This document shows, one piece after another, positions 26,928 through 32,000 of a stretch of 32,000 bases of DNA. Origin of the DNA: Candidatus Iainarchaeum sp. (GTDB lineage Archaea > Iainarchaeota > Iainarchaeia > Iainarchaeales > CSSED10-239); NCBI GenBank assembly GCA_037441475.1, contig JBBISB010000001.1, forward strand, positions 607,465 to 639,464, in the 5' to 3' direction. Each line of letters opens with the position of its first letter. Position 1 is the stretch's first letter. The notes beneath the pieces are model-generated. The model worked only from the letters and a program-made list of their open reading frames with translations, ran no database searches and was not told the DNA's origin. The position numbers and the translations under genes were made by a program.

Positions 26928-27518
26928 ATGTCTATGAATAAACTAATTAAATCTTTATATCTCTCAATAATCTTTTCTGGAATAATCTATATTATTCTAC
27001 ATTACTTTTCTCTACTATTTATAGATGCTCTCTTATTGTTTGTTCTTTTAGTAGTTTTCTTATTTTTAGTGTTCTTTTCATACTTTAAGATAACCTCTCC
27101 TAAATACTCAAAAAAAGAAGTTATTGAAAAATACAATCTTCCTGTAGAAAAGGAAGCTATTTTAAATACAGCTCCAAAGTATACAAGAGAAGAGATTATT
27201 GCAAAGTATACTCTCCCTGTTTCTAATCAAGAGAGTGTACCTTCTCAAACAAAGGAAGTTATTATAAAAAACGAAGTGGTTGTTGAAAATATAGAAGAAC
27301 CAGTTATTGTTCCTTCAAAAGAAATTTTAATAATTGAAAAGTCAGTTTCTAAAAAACCAAAGGACATACCTAAACAAAACTTAAGTTATAGAAATTATGC
27401 ACAGGTCTTTAGATCTATTAACCAAAGCATACATGAAGATAAAAAAGTATCCTCCTCTGATTCTGAAATTTTAACACCTTCTAAAAAAGAGGTTTTAGAA
27501 GAAGATAATTTAAAATAA
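26928..27518 (+). CDS. Two-TM protein with a duplicated short motif and acidic tail, unknown
   Basis: N-terminal hydrophobic hairpin then PKYSKKEVIEKYNLPV and PKYTREEIIAKYTLPV. ATG 26934 is an alternative start. Confidence 0.45.
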   Translation: MSMNKLIKSLYLSIIFSGIIYIILHYFSLLFIDALLLFVLLVVFLFLVFFSYFKITSPKYSKKEVIEKYNLPVEKEAILNTAPKYTREEIIAKYTLPVSNQESVPSQTKEVIIKNEVVVENIEEPVIVPSKEILIIEKSVSKKPKDIPKQNLSYRNYAQVFRSINQSIHEDKKVSSSDSEILTPSKKEVLEEDNLK

Positions 27519-27531
27519 TTAATGACTTAAT

Positions 27532-29137
27532 ATGCAAGTTACAGAACAGCAAAACATAAAAACAAAAAATATCTATGTTCTTCCAATTGTTCCTGCTATT
27601 GATCTTCTTTACTCTGTAGAGAAAGATGTTTTTTCTTCTTTTACAAACACAAAAAAAAACAAATCTCTATCTTCACTAATCTCTTAATCTCTTTTCTTAA
27701 AAAAGATTCTTCTAAGATAATCCTACATGGTTCTGGAACAAGCGGTAGGTTTGCGATCTTGATTGCAAATGAGTATAATAAGTTATTTTCCACAAATAAG
27801 ATATATGGCTTAATCTCAGGTGGTTCTTCCGCTTCATTAAATCAAAGGAAGGTTCAGAGGATAATGTTTTAGAAAATATAAGCTCTCTTGAAAAAGAAAT
27901 AAAAGATACAAAAGAGATTCTTTATTTAGGCATCTCCTGTTCAGGAACCTCAAGTGGGGTTTTAGGGTCCTTACATTTCCTTAAATCTTTTAAAAATAAA
28001 AATATTAAATCTGGTTTATTCTTTTTAAACAAGATTTCTTCAATTCCTAAATCAAAGATTTTAAGCTATTATAGCGTCCCTGCTTATAAAATAATTAAAG
28101 AAACTGATTTTATAATAAACCCAATTGTAGGCCATGAAGCAATTTCAGGGTCAACAAGGCTTAAAGGCGGAAGCATTACACAGATGGTAGATATTTCGTT
28201 CTATATCGCAGCAGTAAAGTTAGGGTATATTAAAGATGAAAATAAATACTCTGTAGATAGGATGATTTCCTCTCTTTTAAAAAATTATTCTAAAAATTAT
28301 TTTTCTTTAAGAAAAGATATTTCAAAGCTTGAACCAATAATTGTTTATGCAAAAAACTCTTTTAAAAGTAATTCCAACATCTATTACATCTCTGATAGAA
28401 AAACAGCTCCTCTATCTTTAATAGATGCCTCAGAGTGCCTTCCTACCTTTGGTGTGGATTTTAAAACTGTAAGGGGCTTGACAGTGGAGGGTGGGTATAA
28501 CAGTATATTTACAAAAAATCAAATTAAACTTATAGGTAATAATTTTATTAAAAAACATCCTCTTTCAGTTGATGTTAAAAACATTTAAAAAAAAGACACC
28601 CTTATTTTTATTTTTTATAAAGAGCCTTCAAAAAAAATGTTATCTTTAATAAATAGTTTTTCATCTAAAAATATTTTTGTAATATCCATTAACTCTAATA
28701 TAAAAATTAAAAATAACATTCCAATATTCATTAATGAACAAAATAATTTTGGTTTTGTAAAAACAGCCTTAAAATATATCCTAAACATAATAACAACTCA
28801 AACCTTCATCTACTCTGGAAAGACCTGGGGAAACTTAATGATTGACTTAAAGCTTTCAAACAACAAGTTAATAGAGAGAGCTATTTATAGAATCATATTA
28901 CCAATAGTAAGTAGCTATAGAGAGGTTTCAAGAGAGGAGATCATTCTTCATTTAAACAATAACACCTCTTTTTTTTTTAAAAAGTCTTTTCCAAAAGACA
29001 AGCTTCTTGACTAAAAGGTTTATTTTAAAGTAGATTATCTTGTCTCAATAACAATCTTAACTCTTCTTAAAAATAGTTATGCAGATGCCTATAAAAAAAT
29101 AAAACTTAAAAGACCTTTAAAGTCTTTTATAGAGTAG
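27532..29137 (+). pseudogene. Disrupted GCKR/MurQ-like double-SIS-domain protein, about 535 aa if repaired
   Basis: Frames concatenate into HGSGTSGRFAILIANEYNKLF...LISGGSSASL / KSKEGSEDNVLENIS...YLGISCSGTSSGVLGSLHFL...NPIVGHEAISGSTRLKGGSITQMVDISFYIAAVKLG...ASECLPTFGVDFKTVRGLTVEGGYNSIF...* KKDTLIFIFYKEPS...SGKTWGNLMIDLKLSNNKLIERAIYRI...* KVYFKVDYLVSITILTLLKNSYADAYKKIK*. Two frameshifts plus in-frame TAA at 28586-28588 and 29012-29014. Confidence 0.8.
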
Positions 29138-29159
29138 ATGTTTTTTTAAAAAAGAAAAA

Positions 29160-29423
29160 CTATTTAACATCAACTTTTTGTGAGATTGCTGTTCCAGGAA
29201 GTCCTTTTTCAAAGATAACTCTTACAGCACCCTTGTTTCCATGAGATGAAACAATAGTTCCAGTAATTGTTTTTCCAGATCCTGTCTTATAAATAGCTTT
29301 TTTACCTAAAAGAGGAGAAACTGTTTTTTTATCCATATATTTATCATCATCAACTTTTAAGATATATTGGTTATTGTACTGTGTTCTAACTCCTCTTCTG
29401 TTACTTAATATTGTTGCTTGCAT
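29160..29423 (-). CDS. rpl35ae: Large ribosomal subunit protein eL33 (L35Ae)
   Basis: GKKAIYKTGSGKTITGTIVSSHGNKGAVRVIFEKGLPGTAIS. Confidence 0.93.
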   Translation of the reverse strand: MQATILSNRRGVRTQYNNQYILKVDDDKYMDKKTVSPLLGKKAIYKTGSGKTITGTIVSSHGNKGAVRVIFEKGLPGTAISQKVDVK

Positions 29424-29565
29424 AATTAATTCACCTTTTTTTAAATATATTATATATAATATCTATATATATTAAAAAACAAAACTCTTTTTAAATAGTT
29501 ATTTTTATTACTTACCTTCCCCCTTTTTAAATAAAACCATATATTATATATATTAGTGATTAAAA

Positions 29566-30255
29566 ATGTCAGAAAAGTATAGAAGTGGGGTTGATGAAGC
29601 CGGTAGAGGGTGTGTTTTAGGCCCACTAGTAATAGCCATCTGTACTTTAAATAAAGAGCAAGAGGATTATTTTAAACAACTAGGTGTAAAAGACTCAAAG
29701 CTTTTATCAAAACCAAAGAGAGAGGAGTTTTTTGAAATTATTAAAGAAAAATCCACAGAGTATAAGATAATGATAATTCCAGCAGAGGAGTTAAATGTCT
29801 TAATGAATAGATACTCCTTAAATGAGATTGAAGCTCAAAAAACAGCAGAGCTTGCAAAAAACTTAAAAGTCATTCCTGAAAAGTTAGTCCTTGATTGCCC
29901 AGATACACAGACAGATAAATATAAAAAAAGAATGATGTCTAATTTCTATACACTTGACTTTAAATATGCCTTTGAGATTGTTTCAGAGCATAAAGCAGAC
30001 TTAAACCATGTTTCTGTTTCTTGTGCCTCTGTTTTAGCAAAGGTTGTAAGGGATCAAATGATCTCCCAGCTAACAGGAACTGATATATCAGGTTATTCTT
30101 CAGATCCTAGTACAATAGATTTTTTAAAAAAATATATTTTAGAACATAAAAAAATACCTCCCTATGCAAGAGACAAATGGGAGACAATAACAAAGGTAAT
30201 GAATGAACTTTATCAAAATAAAATAGGGTGGTTTAATGACAAACAATCTAGATGA
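29566..30255 (+). CDS. rnhB: Ribonuclease HII
   Basis: SGVDEAGRGCVLGPLVIA, DCPDTQTDKYKKR, VSCASVLAKVVRD. Confidence 0.95.
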   Translation: MSEKYRSGVDEAGRGCVLGPLVIAICTLNKEQEDYFKQLGVKDSKLLSKPKREEFFEIIKEKSTEYKIMIIPAEELNVLMNRYSLNEIEAQKTAELAKNLKVIPEKLVLDCPDTQTDKYKKRMMSNFYTLDFKYAFEIVSEHKADLNHVSVSCASVLAKVVRDQMISQLTGTDISGYSSDPSTIDFLKKYILEHKKIPPYARDKWETITKVMNELYQNKIGWFNDKQSR

Positions 30256-30616
30256 AATTGACAGAGCAATAAAGCAGATGATCTTAGATTTCGCTCGTAA
30301 GAATAAACCAGATAAGTCAGAGCCCATTAATCTTAATATCCAGTTTAATAGAAACAAAGAGGACTTTGAGATGTGTGATGACATTGATAGCTTTGTTTTT
30401 GATAAAGAGAACATCTACTTAACAATGTACACTCCTCACAACTTAAACAAAATAAGGTTTGATGTTGATAATGATAGAAACATCTTAATGATAAGAAGTC
30501 ATGATTTTTCTTTCTATAAAGAAGTATGGCTTGGTTTTAAGGTTGTAAAGGAAAGTGTAGTTTCAAGTTATAAAAACAACATCTTAGAGATTAAACTCTC
30601 TATTGAACAGATATAA
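30236..30616 (+). CDS. Small protein, possibly Hsp20/alpha-crystallin-like fold
   Basis: C-terminal beta-rich segment ENIYLTMYTPHNLNKIRFDVDNDRNILMIRSHD...YKNNILEIKL resembles a divergent ACD; starts inside the end of rnhB. Confidence 0.35.
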   Translation: MTNNLDEIDRAIKQMILDFARKNKPDKSEPINLNIQFNRNKEDFEMCDDIDSFVFDKENIYLTMYTPHNLNKIRFDVDNDRNILMIRSHDFSFYKEVWLGFKVVKESVVSSYKNNILEIKLSIEQI

Positions 30617-31676
30617 GTTTTTTAAAGAATAAATCTGTTTTCTTAATAACGAACTTCTTATATTTTTTTGTATCAGGAGAGTATGCTTTTCTCATATCTT
30701 TTCTAATTTTTTTAAGTTTTTCAAAAGGTCCATACTGTGTCACTTGATTTTCCTTTATTAAAAGATAGCTTAAGTAGTTTAAGGAAAGAACTGTTGAGTA
30801 TTTGTTAACAGTTCCATACTCTAAGGTAAAGTGAATGTTTTCTTTTCCCTTTGAGTTATTAAAAAAACAATTTTCCATTCCACCTATATGGTCTGTTCCT
30901 TTTTTTTTTGTACTCTCTGTATTCTTTATTTTTAATCTTTTAACAAATGGTTTTATTTCTTTTGAGTTTAATTTATTTGCAGTAAAAACATCTAAGTTAT
31001 ACTTCTTTGCAGCCCCTGTATGGATGTCTATAAAAACAACTCTCTTGTAACCTGTAGTTATTTTTTTTAATTCTTTTTCTAAAGCCAAGATAGATTTTTC
31101 TTTTTTAAAACCTGCAAAGCAAACTCCTTTAGGATATTTATTTTGTCCTCTTCCTAAAACAGTAATTGTTTTGGAAATCCCATGCTTTTCAATAAGCTTT
31201 ACAACTCTTGTATAGTAGTTTAGTTTTGAAAGTTTTTCATTAACAAGAGGTTTTTTCATATCAAAAAGATTTTCTTCTTTAAAAAGGCGATTTCTTTCAA
31301 AGAAGTTATTAACTTCACTAAAGTCAAGATTGTTGTTTCTATTAAGATCAACATTATTTTCATTATATCTTCTATTATTCTTAAAGCCATAAGGGTTAAG
31401 AGCATGCACTAGAAGAGCACTATACTTTTCTTTTATTTTTTCAAAGTATTTTTCTAAAAAGAAAAGTTGTACAGCACTTCCAGTATACCCCTCCACCCCA
31501 TGTGTTGCAGAGACAAGCACCAGTAATGTTTCTTTCTTCTTTGTTTCATGCAAGGCAAAGTCTATGGTTAAGTCATCAATTATATTTACTTTACTTTTTT
31601 TTAATTTTTTTGTATCTTCTAAAAATTTCTTTCTTGCAGAAAAGTAGTCTTTAGAAAAATATTTTTCATAAATCAT
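30600..31676 (-). CDS. DUF2817-like (M14-type zinc carboxypeptidase-related) protein
   Basis: LVLVSATHGVEGYTGSAVQLFFLE, HALNPYGFKNNRRYNENNVDLNRN, VVFIDIHTG. Confidence 0.8.
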   Translation of the reverse strand: MIYEKYFSKDYFSARKKFLEDTKKLKKSKVNIIDDLTIDFALHETKKKETLLVLVSATHGVEGYTGSAVQLFFLEKYFEKIKEKYSALLVHALNPYGFKNNRRYNENNVDLNRNNNLDFSEVNNFFERNRLFKEENLFDMKKPLVNEKLSKLNYYTRVVKLIEKHGISKTITVLGRGQNKYPKGVCFAGFKKEKSILALEKELKKITTGYKRVVFIDIHTGAAKKYNLDVFTANKLNSKEIKPFVKRLKIKNTESTKKKGTDHIGGMENCFFNNSKGKENIHFTLEYGTVNKYSTVLSLNYLSYLLIKENQVTQYGPFEKLKKIRKDMRKAYSPDTKKYKKFVIKKTDLFFKKLISVQ

Positions 31677-31678
31677 AA

Positions 31679-32000
31679 TTATTCATAACTCTTTTCTATC
31701 TTGAAATTATCTCTAAACTTATGGTCAGGATGTATATTTATTGGTTTTGGGTTTCCTGAACCAACCACTCTTTTCTGATTAAACAAATCATAGCTTCCTT
31801 TCTCTAAGATAGAAACAATAGGAGGATCCATTCTTCCAAACTCCTCTCTCATTTGTTTATAGTCATTAATTATTTCTTTAAGGTTTAAGTCTAGTTTGTT
31901 TTTAAAATCAATAATTTTTTTATCATCTTCTTTTTCTAAAACATCTAATAATATTTCATATCTTGGTTTTTTAGAAAGATCTACAAGGTATGGAAGTAAT
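31679..32000 (-). CDS. Partial protein, C-terminal end, unassigned
   Basis: Open frame on the minus strand from the right edge to TAA at 31679-31681: ...REEFGRMDPPIVSILEKGSYDLFNQKRVVGSGNPKPINIHPDHKFRDNFKIEKSYE*. Confidence 0.55.
   Translation of the reverse strand, partial: LLPYLVDLSKKPRYEILLDVLEKEDDKKIIDFKNKLDLNLKEIINDYKQMREEFGRMDPPIVSILEKGSYDLFNQKRVVGSGNPKPINIHPDHKFRDNFKIEKSYE

Noticed and set aside
28586-28588. Stop-codon readthrough or TAA recoding in the GCKR-like gene
   Set aside because: TAA is the normal terminator of neighbouring genes, and the same gene also has two frameshifts, so gene decay or sequence error is simpler.
1-32000. CRISPR array, rRNA genes, transposase or defence island
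   Set aside because: No regularly spaced direct repeats, rRNA-like sequence, transposase/integrase or restriction/toxin signatures were seen by eye.

Overview
The window looks like AT-rich archaeal chromosome with DPANN-like features. It is densely packed and mostly housekeeping. Recognisable genes are family-B DNA polymerase, an R15P isomerase/eIF2B-alpha-like protein, an ftsZ-secE-spt5-rpl11 block, type-2 methionine aminopeptidase, a GspE/TadA-like secretion ATPase in an operon with pilin-like small proteins, a Wzx-like flippase, Ogg2-type DNA glycosylase, MazG-like protein, Pus10, tRNA-Leu(UAG), GlyRS, 2-Cys peroxiredoxin, cyclophilin, a DUF6485-like protein, fibrillarin and Nop5, eL33 (L35Ae), RNase HII and a DUF2817-like peptidase. 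No CRISPR array, rRNA or clear transposon was seen. I found no convincing new defence-type system. The main points of interest are: (1) a GCKR/MurQ-like double-SIS gene at 27532-29137, broken by two frameshifts and two in-frame TAA codons; (2) a second broken gene, a small membrane protein at 23568-23916 with two frameshifts of the same sign; (3) a PolB with an altered motif A (SYHISI instead of SLYPSI) and motif B (AS instead of NS); (4) an adjacent Nop5/fibrillarin pair in which both proteins look N-terminally reduced; (5) a Sec61-beta gene (14155-14319) absent from the ORF track; (6) a secretion/pilus-like ATPase locus with no visible TadC/ArlJ platform protein.
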